Assembly (NCBI GenBank): GCA_003569145.1
Contig: BGOH01000006.1
Coordinates: 19,129 to 83,128, forward strand
Source of the DNA: Clavibacter sp.
Lineage (GTDB): Bacteria; Actinomycetota; Actinomycetes; Nanopelagicales; Nanopelagicaceae
Reading direction: 5' to 3'
Length of the DNA stretch: 64,000 bases
The position numbers were made by a program, and so were the translations under genes. Positions 47,888-57,539 of this stretch are shown here, piece by piece; the first letter of the stretch is position 1; each line of letters begins with the position of its first letter. The notes beneath the pieces are model-generated. The model was not told the DNA's origin, searched no databases, and saw only the letters and a list, made by a program, of their open reading frames with translations.

Positions 47888-48587
47888 GTGGTCCTAGTAG
47901 CCTCTTTGATGATGTTGTAGATCAAAGAATTGAGATTCGTCGTCGGGAGATGAATATTGCCCTTACTTGGTGCGCAGTATTACTTCTTGGCTTTGCTTTA
48001 GTAACTCTTGATGTCATCAATAAGGGCCTGCTCTATAGATTTGATCAATTTGTAGCAGATCTAAGTCGCCCTAAGCTCTCTGGATTTACTAACTTTTTAG
48101 TTCTTCGAATCGATGACTTAGGTCTTAGATGGATTACCGCGCTTATCTTGCTGATTACCGCAGGACTGATCAGTAGAAGATTTAAATCTTTTAGACCTTT
48201 AAATTTAGCTTTTCTATCTTTGGTATTTTTAAATATCTTTGTAGGCGCTTCTAAGATTTTCTTTGGAAGATGTAAAGCAAAAGAAGATTTTGACCTCTGT
48301 ATGTTTAGCGATGGTATGGCATATCCCAGTGGCCATATTTCAAATGCCCTTGTAACTTGGGGGCTCTTTGCCTACATAATCTTTCGTTATACCCATAGAG
48401 CTCCATTTGAAGGTTTAAAGCTCTATTGGTTGGTAGCTGTTATCACTATTGCAGTAGGAGCTGTTTCGCTAATCCGTAATACCCACTGGTTTACCGATCT
48501 TCTTGGTGGAATGTTTTAGGTGGAGCTATATTGGTTTTAGTAGTTGCAATTGATCGCTTTATTCCCTCGACCCGTCAGCCCTCATAG
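47884..48587 (+). pseudogene. PAP2-family membrane phosphatase, frame broken in a T4 run (48514-48517)
   Basis: PAP2 motifs PSGH and IRNTHWFTDLLGG are present. The last TM segment (LGGAILVLVVAIDRF...) continues in another frame to 48585-48587. Confidence 0.75.
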
Positions 48588-48614
48588 GTATATAGGAAAA
48601 AGTAGCGATTAACT

Positions 48615-49756
48615 ATGGAGAATCGGGCAGAAGTACTTATCGATCTTGGAGCCATTAGAGATAACATCAAATACTTAATGGCTAAAAGTGGTAAACCAGC
48701 TCTGGCTGTAGTGAAAGCAGATGGTTATGGCCACGGCCTCCTTCCAGTAGCAAAGAGCGCGCTTAGCGCTGGCGCTAGCTGGCTTGGGGTTGCACTACTT
48801 GAGGAGGCAAGAGCTTTAAGGCAAGGCGGAATAAGTGCGCCAATTATTGCTTGGTTAACCCCGATTACAGATGATTTCAAATCTGCCATAAATGAAGATA
48901 TAGATATTGCAATTGCATCACTTGCTCACCTTGAGGCAATTACTAGCGCTTCCAAATCTTTAGGAAAGTGCGCCAGGGTTCATCTAGAAGTTGATACTGG
49001 AATGTCTCGCGGCGGGGCGCTTGGTGAGTGGAGTGACTTAGTGCGCAGCGCCAAGGCTTATCAAGACTCTGGGCTTATTGAAGTAATTGGTATTTGGTCG
49101 CATTTTGCAAGAGCTGATGAAGCAGGACATGAATTTAACAAAAAGCAATTAGAAAACTTTAAGAGCGCAGTAGCGAAGCAAAGAGTGTTGGTATTACTCC
49201 GCAGGTAATTCACTTGAGTAACTCAGCAGCTGCGATTAATGATGTTGATTCACATTTTGATCTGCTTCGTTTAGGTATTGCAATCTATGGACTATCGCCA
49301 GATTTTTCACATATGGGAAGTTCCGAAAAACTAAATTTAAAACCTGCAATGAGTATCCGTGCCAGAATTCATTTAGTCAAAGATGTCCCAGCAGGCTCTC
49401 AGGTTGGTTATGGAGGAAGTGCTATAACAAAAGTTGATACCAAACTTGGAGTTATTGCAATGGGTTATTCGGATGGAATTCCAAGAAATGCAAATAGTGA
49501 GGCGGGAGTACTGGTAGGTAATAAACGAGCACCAATTATTGGTCGAGTATCAATGGATCAATTTGTGGTTGATTTGGGCAGAGATAGCTCGGCAAAGGCT
49601 GGAGATTGGGCATACATTATTGGAAGTAATCCTTTGGATAGTTATACTTCGGCAAGTTCTTACACCGCCGATTCGTGGGCTAGCGCTAGCGCAACGATCA
49701 ATTATGAGATCGTGACGCGAATAGCAGCTAGAGTAAAGCGAATCTATCAAGGCTAA
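48615..49756 (+). pseudogene. alr: Alanine racemase, frame broken by one missing nucleotide within 49163-49208 (likely G at 49178)
   Basis: The N-terminal part has the PLP-lysine motif VVKADGYGHG. The C-terminal part (..HLSNSAAAI...YGLSP...GYGG...VSMDQ) lies in the -1 frame. Confidence 0.92.
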
Positions 49757-49766
49757 AGGAGGGCGC

Positions 49767-50540
49767 ATGACAGAAGGCGTTGTGCTCTCTGTTAATGATC
49801 TCTCAGTAAATTTTGGCGGCCTTAAAGCTCTAAACGGCGTCAACTTTGAATTAAGAAAGGGCGAAGTCTTAGGACTTATTGGCCCTAATGGCGCCGGAAA
49901 AACTACCGTCTTTAATGCGCTCTGCGGGATTGTCACTCCAGATTCGGGCTCTCTTTCTTTAAATGGCAAAGAAATTAAATGGCCAAAGCCTCATAAATTA
50001 GCGAAGTTAAAAATTGCTAGAACTTTGCAAGGTGTTGGACTCTTTCCAGATTTAACTGTCTATGACAATGTGATGATTGGCGCCAATAAATTTTCTGAAA
50101 CAGGTTTACTTCGCGCAGCCTTTGGAACAAACCATAAAGATGAAAAGCGCTTAAAGGAGCGGGCGCAAGCAGCTCTTGAGCGAGTTTATGTTGGCGCAGT
50201 TGCAGATAGAAGAGCAGACACTCTTGCCTATCCTGATACTAAGCGAGTTTCTATTGCTAGAGCATTGGTAGCAGAGCCAGAAATATTATTACTAGATGAG
50301 CCTGCTGGAGGGCTAGGCCCGCAAGATATTGAATGGCTCAATAGCCTTATTAATAATCTTAAGTCTCGCACTTCAATAATTATCGTTGAGCATCACATGG
50401 ATGTTGTTATGTCAGTCTGTGATCGAATCTATGTTTTGAACTTTGGTGAAATAATCGCATCTGGAACACCAGCAGAGGTTAGAGATAATGAAGCAGTTAT
50501 CCAGGCATATCTTGGAACCAAATCAAAGGCCAAGTCATGA
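49767..50540 (+). CDS. livG: Branched-chain amino acid ABC transporter ATP-binding protein (LivG type)
   Basis: The 257-aa ORF has Walker A (GPNGAGKTT) and the LivG-type insertion after the Q-loop. Confidence 0.85.
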   Translation: MTEGVVLSVNDLSVNFGGLKALNGVNFELRKGEVLGLIGPNGAGKTTVFNALCGIVTPDSGSLSLNGKEIKWPKPHKLAKLKIARTLQGVGLFPDLTVYDNVMIGANKFSETGLLRAAFGTNHKDEKRLKERAQAALERVYVGAVADRRADTLAYPDTKRVSIARALVAEPEILLLDEPAGGLGPQDIEWLNSLINNLKSRTSIIIVEHHMDVVMSVCDRIYVLNFGEIIASGTPAEVRDNEAVIQAYLGTKSKAKS

Positions 50541-51250
50541 GTGGATTAGTAGTTAATAGACTTAGCGTCTCCCATGGGGCAATTGAGGCGCTTCGTGCAG
50601 TTTCCTTTAGCGTTGAGGTTGGTCAACTTGCAGCAATTATTGGTTCAAATGGCGCAGGAAAGACAACACTGCTTCGCGCCCTCTCTGGTCTAAATACTCA
50701 AACTTCAGGAAGTGCGCAGTGGAATGAGCGAGAAATCCTTGGGGCAAGGCCTGATGCGCTAGTAAGAAGAGGTATTAGCCATGTCTCTGAAGGTAAATCT
50801 GTAATTGCAGAGCTAAGCGTTAAAGAGAATTTGATCTTAGGTGGAATCTGGAGAAACAAAAAGAGTGATACCAGCGCAGCTATTGCAGAGGTAGTTGAGC
50901 TCTTTCCAGTTTTGGGACAGAGAATGAATCAGAGCGCCGACTCTCTCTCAGGCGGCGAGCGACAGATGCTCGCTATTGGTAGAGCGCTAGTTTCAAGACC
51001 AAAATTATTACTACTGGATGAACCATCACTTGGACTTGCACCACTTGTTATTGAACAGATTTTTGCAACTATTGATCAACTTCGAAGAAAACTCGGGCTA
51101 ACTGTTGTTCTAGTTGAGCAGAATGCAATGAGCGCGTTAGAGATTGCTGATATCGGAATCATTATTAATCTTGGCGAAGTTGTTGCCTCCGGCAAAGCCA
51201 ATGAGCTAATTGATGATCCCGCCCTACGAGCTGCTTACTTGGGATACTGA
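50537..51250 (+). CDS. livF: Branched-chain amino acid ABC transporter ATP-binding protein (LivF type)
   Basis: The 237-aa ORF contains GSNGAGKTT, LSGGERQML and LLLDEPSLGLAP. Confidence 0.85.
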   Translation: MSGLVVNRLSVSHGAIEALRAVSFSVEVGQLAAIIGSNGAGKTTLLRALSGLNTQTSGSAQWNEREILGARPDALVRRGISHVSEGKSVIAELSVKENLILGGIWRNKKSDTSAAIAEVVELFPVLGQRMNQSADSLSGGERQMLAIGRALVSRPKLLLLDEPSLGLAPLVIEQIFATIDQLRRKLGLTVVLVEQNAMSALEIADIGIIINLGEVVASGKANELIDDPALRAAYLGY

Positions 51251-52146
51251 TGCAAAAAGTTATTGAAACTCTATTAATCGGGCTATCAACGGGATCTATC
51301 TATGCCCTTATGTCATTAGCACTTGTCTTAGTCTGGAGATCAACGCGGGTTGTTAACTTTGCGCAAGCAGGACAGGCGATGCTCTCCACCTATATTGGCT
51401 TTGAGATTGCATCTAGATCTGAGATTTTCTGGTTAGGACTTGTCTTTGCAATTGCAGCAGGAGCGCTAGTTGGTGCAGGCGTTGATTACTTCTTTATGCG
51501 CGTGCTCTTCAAACATGCAACTTCTGGACCTGCAGCAGTTGTTGCACCTGTCATTGCCACTCTAGGTTTACTTGGACTTATCAGAAGTATTGTCGGGCTA
51601 ACTTGGGGCGGAGAATTTAAATCTATTGAAGCACCAGCCTCAACAGATGGCTTTACTGTTGGAGATGGCACAATTCCATTTTCAAATCTTGATGTTTTAA
51701 TTATTGCTACAGTTTCAATAATTCTCATTGCTCTTGCCTATATCTTCCAGCGCACCAACTTAGGTCTTGCCCTTAGGGCCTCGGCTTATGCCCCTGAAAT
51801 TGCTCAATTAGCTGGCATTAGAACAGCACGGACTAGAACTATCGGATGGTCAATCGCGGGAGCAGTAGGAGGGGTTGCTGGAATGTTAGTAACTTCAAAT
51901 AACTTCCTCTCTCCTTATTCGTTGGATCTCTTACTTGTCTTTGGATTTATTGCAGCTGTTATTGGCGGTCTTGAAAGTATGGTCGGATCTGTTATCGGAG
52001 CACTTGTACTTGGAATTGGCCTTACATTTATTTTGAATTATGTCGGAACTTCTCTAGTCTTTATTGGCGGATTTAGCGTTTTGATTTTAGTTCTGCTCAT
52101 TAAGCCAGATGGAATCATGGCAAAAGGCAAGGCCCGCCGTGCGTAA
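51250..52146 (+). CDS. livH: Branched-chain amino acid ABC transporter permease (LivH type)
   Basis: The 298-aa ORF is a polytopic membrane protein. Confidence 0.82.
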   Translation: MQKVIETLLIGLSTGSIYALMSLALVLVWRSTRVVNFAQAGQAMLSTYIGFEIASRSEIFWLGLVFAIAAGALVGAGVDYFFMRVLFKHATSGPAAVVAPVIATLGLLGLIRSIVGLTWGGEFKSIEAPASTDGFTVGDGTIPFSNLDVLIIATVSIILIALAYIFQRTNLGLALRASAYAPEIAQLAGIRTARTRTIGWSIAGAVGGVAGMLVTSNNFLSPYSLDLLLVFGFIAAVIGGLESMVGSVIGALVLGIGLTFILNYVGTSLVFIGGFSVLILVLLIKPDGIMAKGKARRA

Positions 52147-53110
52147 GAAAATAGCTATCTTTGTTCTCATTGGTTGGGTATTACTAATCATTGGTGATCG
52201 CGTTGATGAGCTTCGCGTATATCAAGGAGCTCAGATGGCGATGTATACCATCGCACTTGCTTCAATTGTTTTGTTAACTGGCTATTCTGGTCAAGTTTCA
52301 CTAGGTAATGGTGCGATGATGGCTGTTGGTGGTTATGGCGCAGCTCTTACCCTAAATAATTTAGGCACTCCAATTTGGTTTGCATTCTTAATGGCAATTG
52401 TTACGGCCTCGCTATTTGGTGCACTTCTTGGAGCAGCAGCAGCAAGAGTTTCTGGGCCTTATTTAGCCGGAACAACTCTTGCGCTAGCTGTTGGTCTTCC
52501 AGCAATTGCAAATCAATTTGCTTTCCTTGGGGGAGAGCCAGGACTTTTATTTGATGTTGGCTTTCCACCAGAGAGATTTGGTGATGAATTCACGCAATAT
52601 AAATGGTTCTTCTGGATTGCTTGCTTTGTCGCTTTAATTGCAATATTTGTGACTTCAAATATTCTTTCATCGCGCTTTGGTCGCACCTGGCGCGCAATTC
52701 GCGGAAATTCTTTAGCAGCAGAGCTCTGCGGAGTTCATTCAGCTCGCATGAAGGTTCTAGCCTTCACAGTTAGCTCTGGCCTTGCAGGTCTTGCCGGAGC
52801 AGTTCTGGCAATGACTATAAGCCTTGTTGCCCCTGGGGCATATGGCCTGGCCCTTTCCTTTGCCCTGGTGACCGGGGCAGTTCTTGCTGGAATCTCAAGC
52901 CTTCCTGGGGTAGTCCTGGGAGCCTTCATTCTCGTGGTCATTCCTGAGATATCTGTGGCCCTTGCCGACAGGCTGGGTGACGCAGATAAACTAAACAACT
53001 ATCTACCAGGTCTAATTGTGAGCGTATTGCTGATTCTCTCAGTGATATTCACCCCAAATGGGCCTGGCGAGAACTTGCGTAAGCATCGTCATAAGAAGCC
53101 TGCGCATTAA
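52139..53110 (+). CDS. livM: Branched-chain amino acid ABC transporter permease (LivM type)
   Basis: This polytopic membrane protein most likely starts at the GTG at 52139 (VRKKIAIFV...). The ORF-track ATG at 52109 would overlap livH by 38 nt. Confidence 0.8.
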   Translation: MRKKIAIFVLIGWVLLIIGDRVDELRVYQGAQMAMYTIALASIVLLTGYSGQVSLGNGAMMAVGGYGAALTLNNLGTPIWFAFLMAIVTASLFGALLGAAAARVSGPYLAGTTLALAVGLPAIANQFAFLGGEPGLLFDVGFPPERFGDEFTQYKWFFWIACFVALIAIFVTSNILSSRFGRTWRAIRGNSLAAELCGVHSARMKVLAFTVSSGLAGLAGAVLAMTISLVAPGAYGLALSFALVTGAVLAGISSLPGVVLGAFILVVIPEISVALADRLGDADKLNNYLPGLIVSVLLILSVIFTPNGPGENLRKHRHKKPAH

Positions 53111-53175
53111 CTGATTACCGCTAGGTAACCAGTAGATTAATAGCACCTAGCCAAACCCTCGATGGAAGGAAAACA

Positions 53176-54471
53176 ATGATCAGAAAGACTCGTATAAAGC
53201 GAACCTGGCTCGCTGCTGCGGTGATTGCCTCTGGCTCTCTCCTAGCAACAGCGCTTCCAGCAAACGCAGAGACGGGCGTTAGCGCAAGTGAGATCAAACT
53301 TGGTATCACTCTGCCTCTAACTGGAGCAGCATCACCAGGCTATAACAAGATCGGTAATGCAATTAATGCTTACTTCAAGTATGTCAATGACAATGGCGGC
53401 GTCTATGGACGTAAAGTCACTCTCATTCAGAAAAATGATGAGTACTCACCACAGTTGTCGATTGCTAAGACAAACGAATTAATTTTGCGAGATAAAGTTT
53501 TCGCTCTAGTTGGCCCACTTGGAACTGCAAACTTCACCGCAGTCCACAAATCAGTTGGCCTTGCTAAGCGCGGAGTCCCAAGCCTTTTCCTAAACACTGG
53601 CTTCAGCGGATTTTCAAATAAGAAGAGCTATCCATCTTCTTTCATGATTCTTCCTTCCTACGCCATGGAAGCAAAGATCATCGCCCAATTCCTCAAAGAG
53701 AACCATGCTGGAAAGAAACTCGGCATTGTTTATCAAAACGATGAATTTGGTATTGATGGTCTAGGGGCTTTCAAGGCAGCTGGAACTAAGTTTGATGTTT
53801 CAATTCCTTACACCTCAGGAACACAGAGCGCCGCAACCGCGCAAACCTGGGTCTCCCAGCTTGCAGCAGGCGGAGCTCAAGTAGTGGTCTTCTTTGGCGT
53901 AACTTCAGCAACTGCTCCACTTCTTGCTGTAGCTGCTGCTGCTAAGTACGCACCACAGTGGATTCTTGGATCAGTTGGTTCAGATCCATTAACACTGCGC
54001 GCTCTTGGTGTTCCAGTAGCGGTGCTAAATGGCGCACAGACTCCAGCTGGTAATCCATCACCAAATGACACTAGCGATGAGTATGTAAAGCAGTTCCAAG
54101 AGATCAATACCAAGTACAACACAGGTACTACCTTTGATGACTATGTATTGCAGGGCATGAATATCGGTCTAATGACCGTTCAAGCTCTAAGGGCTGCAGG
54201 AAAGAACTTAACCCGTAAGGGTCTAATTCGTGCGATGGAGACAAAGGGCTCAACCTTTGCATCTGTTGCTTACTCTCCTCTCGGTTATTCAGGAACAAGC
54301 AATGTTGGCCATACCGGCTACTACATGGCAGTAATGGACGCCAATGGAGATAGAAAGCCATTCGGTGGCAAAGTAACGCTTTACACCACTGACAGTGGCT
54401 CCGGTCCAGTTGTGGTCTCTACCTTCAAACGTCCGGCAATGCCAGCGAAAGGATTACCAAGTAACTCATGA
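53176..54471 (+). CDS. Periplasmic-type amino acid/amide binding protein (LivJ/K-like, family 4 SBP)
   Basis: The 431-aa ORF has a signal peptide ending ANA-E, followed by IKLGITLPLTGAAS, which is typical of the Leu/Ile/Val-binding family. Confidence 0.82.
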   Translation: MIRKTRIKRTWLAAAVIASGSLLATALPANAETGVSASEIKLGITLPLTGAASPGYNKIGNAINAYFKYVNDNGGVYGRKVTLIQKNDEYSPQLSIAKTNELILRDKVFALVGPLGTANFTAVHKSVGLAKRGVPSLFLNTGFSGFSNKKSYPSSFMILPSYAMEAKIIAQFLKENHAGKKLGIVYQNDEFGIDGLGAFKAAGTKFDVSIPYTSGTQSAATAQTWVSQLAAGGAQVVVFFGVTSATAPLLAVAAAAKYAPQWILGSVGSDPLTLRALGVPVAVLNGAQTPAGNPSPNDTSDEYVKQFQEINTKYNTGTTFDDYVLQGMNIGLMTVQALRAAGKNLTRKGLIRAMETKGSTFASVAYSPLGYSGTSNVGHTGYYMAVMDANGDRKPFGGKVTLYTTDSGSGPVVVSTFKRPAMPAKGLPSNS

Positions 54472-56091
54472 GAACCTTTAAATTCAAGCGTTCCTTAACG
54501 CTCGTAGCAGTTTCATCACTGCTCTCAATTACCGTTGTATCAATTCCAACGGCAGCGCAGGCAAACCCTGTTTGTACTACAGCAAGCGGTGTAACAACTT
54601 GCCTTGGTGCAACATCAGATACTGCGCCATATATGCTGATGACTCCAGCAAACTTCAATGGAACCGTTTATCTATATTCACATGGATATCGTCCAAACGT
54701 TCCAGTCCCTGCCGGAATTCCTGGATATGGTGGCTACACAGTTACTAATACTCCAGAGCCAGCACCTGGCGGAATGCCAAATTATTGGCACACTTCTTGC
54801 TAAGGGATATGCGGTTATGGGATCTGGCTTTGCCCGTCAAGGCTGGAATGCAGATTCAGCAATTAAGACAAATGTTGAGCTAATTGGGGTCTTTAAGAAG
54901 CAATATCCAAAGACAACAAAGGTTGTTGCTTGGGGTAATTCACTTGGAGGCTTTATTACGCAGGCACTTGCTGAGCAATATCCAAATCTAATTAGCGCAG
55001 CAGCGCCTCTTTGTATGGCAAGTGATCTAACGCCACTTATGACAATGGCTGGAGATGCACTTTGGGGAATCAAGACTTTCTTTGATCCAACCATCAAAGG
55101 TGGAGGCTATAGCGCAGGAACAGCTGGTTATGCCGAAGCAATGGGAGATCTAGTAAAGGTCTTTACCGTTATCGGTGCAATGCAAGCTGCAATTGCTGCA
55201 AATCCATCTGCGCCAGCATGGCCAGCGACATCAAAGGTTCCAGATGCACTTAAAGCAGTTCCATCAAGAAGTGCTTTAGTTCTGATCGCTTTGATGTCTG
55301 GTGTTCCAATGCAATCGGCACACTTTGATTCAACTTCAGCGCCAGCAGGCCTTCCAGCCTCAAACGCTCTCTCGTTCCAGTTGGCTATCAATCCAGCTCT
55401 TGCTGCTCTAGAAAACCTTGCAAATGCTGCAGCTCTTGCAGTGCTTGCAACACATGATGTTGAGCAACAAGCAGGCGGGGCAGTATTTGATAACACTGCA
55501 ACTGACTACTCAGCGCGTGTTTCAGCTGAACAATTTATCTGGAGCTCAGCTCTTTCTGGCAATGCTGGAGTAGGCGCTCTGCTTGGATATCTTGCAGCGG
55601 TACCAAGAGTTAAGGGAAATCCTGCAGCTATTGCCAAGATGGCATCACTGACATCACATACTGGCAAGGTTGAGATTCCAACAATTCTCTTCACCGGAAC
55701 TGCTGATCCAGTAACAACACCTGGAAATCAGCAAGCGGTGATTGATAAATATGCAGCATATTCTGCTGGGAAGTGGGCAGCTGCAAAGAAGGAAGGAACC
55801 CGTAAGAAACCAGCTAATAATCAATTGGCTCTATGGAACTTCCCACCAGAGAAGTACACCAAGTTCACCGCTACCGGTTCACCAGATACAACGGTTGCCG
55901 CAGCGACAGGAACTAACCACTGTAACTTCACCGTTTCTCAGTACTTAGCAATTGCAGATCTACTTGCATATGCTGCTGATAACGGTAAGAACATGTCAGG
56001 TGGCGCGCTCTATACCAAGATCCGTAAGGCAGGAAATATGACTTACGATCGTGGCTATAGCGCTCCTAAACTGAAGTATTACGGAGAATAA
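54468..56091 (+). pseudogene. Secreted alpha/beta-hydrolase (serine hydrolase), frame broken in an A3 run (54779-54781)
   Basis: A signal peptide ends AAQA. The nucleophile elbow is GNSLGG, with likely Asp (GTADPV) and His (GTNHCNF). ORFs 54468-54803 and 54658-56091 join if one A is removed (...PGGMPIIGTLLAKGYAV...). Confidence 0.75.
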
Positions 56092-56120
56092 TCTTCCGTA
56101 ATCCATCGAGAAGGTAGTAA

Positions 56121-56158
56121 AGAGAGGGTCTGGGAAACCAGGCCCTCTCTTACTTTTA
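56121..56158 (+). terminator. Rho-independent terminator after the hydrolase gene
   Basis: A 13-bp stem pairs AGAGAGGGTCTGG with CCAGGCCCTCTCT (one G-U pair) around a GAAA tetraloop, followed by TACTTTTAT. Confidence 0.85.
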
Positions 56159-56163
56159 TAGGT

Positions 56164-56183
56164 AGATATTCATCAGATATTCA
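56164..56183. repeat. Tandem direct repeat AGATATTCA x2 at 11-nt spacing, upstream of the DUF1800 gene
   Basis: Exact 9-mers lie at 56164-72 and 56175-83, one helical turn apart. This is a possible regulator binding site. Confidence 0.3.
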
Positions 56184-56192
56184 GGTAAAGCG

Positions 56193-56221
56193 TTGGTTAA
56201 GTAGCAGCTACGCCTTACTCT
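56193..56221 (+). promoter_or_regulatory. Candidate promoter producing a leaderless DUF1800/DUF1501 transcript
   Basis: TTGGTT, 17 nt and TACTCT, with the -10 ending 7 nt before the ATG at 56229 and no SD. The spacer contains the palindrome GTAGC-A-GCTAC (56201-11). Confidence 0.3.
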
Positions 56222-56228
56222 TGTCGCC

Positions 56229-57530
56229 ATGGCAAGCCTTGCAGAGCGCAGAAGAATTGCTAGATTAACCCATCGCTTTGGCTTTGGCCCGCTTCCTGGA
56301 GAATTCACAAATCTCTTAGCTGGTGGTTTTGATCAAGCCGCAGAGAAATACTTAAACATTCCTAGCCAAGATACTTTTGCAGATAACCAAGATGAGCCAG
56401 TAGTTCGCGATCAAGGAAAGCGTCCAGCACCAAATAGCCCCGATGTTGTCGCTTATGCAACCGAAAAAAGAGCACAGTTAACCTCACTTACTTTCTGGTG
56501 GCTAGATCGTATGGTTTTATCAGAGCATTCATTACCCGAGCGAATGACATGGTTCTGGCATGGACATTGGGCCACCTCGTATCAAAAAGTAGATGATGCT
56601 CTGCCGATGTATCTGCAGAATCAAACTTTGCGAAGAAATGCCTTAGGAAACTTTGCTCAGATGTCTAGAGAGATGGTTAATGATGCTGCCTTAATCTTCT
56701 GGCTAGATGGACAGTCAAATACTGTTAAAGCTCCCAATGAAAATCTATCGAGAGAGTTAATGGAGCTCTTTACTCTTGGGGTTAATCGTTATAGCGAAGA
56801 TGATGTGAAAGAAACTGCCAAAGCTTTAACTGGATATAAAGTTGATAAATCTAGTGGAAAAGTAATCTTCTATCCCAAGCAACATTTTGCCGGTTCTATC
56901 AGGGTTTTGGGAACGCAAGGTTCATTTGATGCCAGTTCTTTAAGTGACTTTCTAGTTGCTAGAAGTGATTGCGCGCTATTTATTACTGAGCGAATTTGGT
57001 ATCGCTTTATTTCAAGTATGAATCCACTAGCTGATACCACCCTTACTTCAAGCTTTGCCTCAAGAGATATTGCAGCTTTAGTAAAGGCAATTGGTAGACA
57101 CTCTGCTTTAGATAATCCCGATAATTCAATGGTTAAAAGTCCTATAGATTGGTTTGTCTCTGCCGCTAGAGCTTTATCAATTACGCCATCGAAATTCTCT
57201 AATCCCAATACCATCCGCAACTACCTTGATTTACTGGGCCAGCGTCCATTCTTCCCGCCAAATGTTGGGGGATGGCCGGCTGATCAAGCTTGGCTTTCAA
57301 CTTCATCTGCGCAATATCGAATTCAATTTGCTACTCAATTAGTCAAAGAGGCAGATCTAACGCCAATTTCATCCCTTGCTCCGCAAGCAAGAATTGATGG
57401 CCTTGCTGATTGGCTCGGAGTTGTGGAGTGGAGTTCTAGAACAAAGATGGCGCTAAATGGCGCAGTCAAAGATCCGGCGCGCTTGGCTTTGCTAGCGCTC
57501 TGTTCACCTGAATATGTTGTGAGCGCATAG
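56229..57530 (+). CDS. DUF1800-family protein (function unknown)
   Basis: The 433-aa ORF contains the characteristic MTWFWHGHWATS block. It is paired with a DUF1501 gene, as is usual for this family. Confidence 0.7.
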   Translation: MASLAERRRIARLTHRFGFGPLPGEFTNLLAGGFDQAAEKYLNIPSQDTFADNQDEPVVRDQGKRPAPNSPDVVAYATEKRAQLTSLTFWWLDRMVLSEHSLPERMTWFWHGHWATSYQKVDDALPMYLQNQTLRRNALGNFAQMSREMVNDAALIFWLDGQSNTVKAPNENLSRELMELFTLGVNRYSEDDVKETAKALTGYKVDKSSGKVIFYPKQHFAGSIRVLGTQGSFDASSLSDFLVARSDCALFITERIWYRFISSMNPLADTTLTSSFASRDIAALVKAIGRHSALDNPDNSMVKSPIDWFVSAARALSITPSKFSNPNTIRNYLDLLGQRPFFPPNVGGWPADQAWLSTSSAQYRIQFATQLVKEADLTPISSLAPQARIDGLADWLGVVEWSSRTKMALNGAVKDPARLALLALCSPEYVVSA

Positions 57531-57539
57531 GAGCACGCC

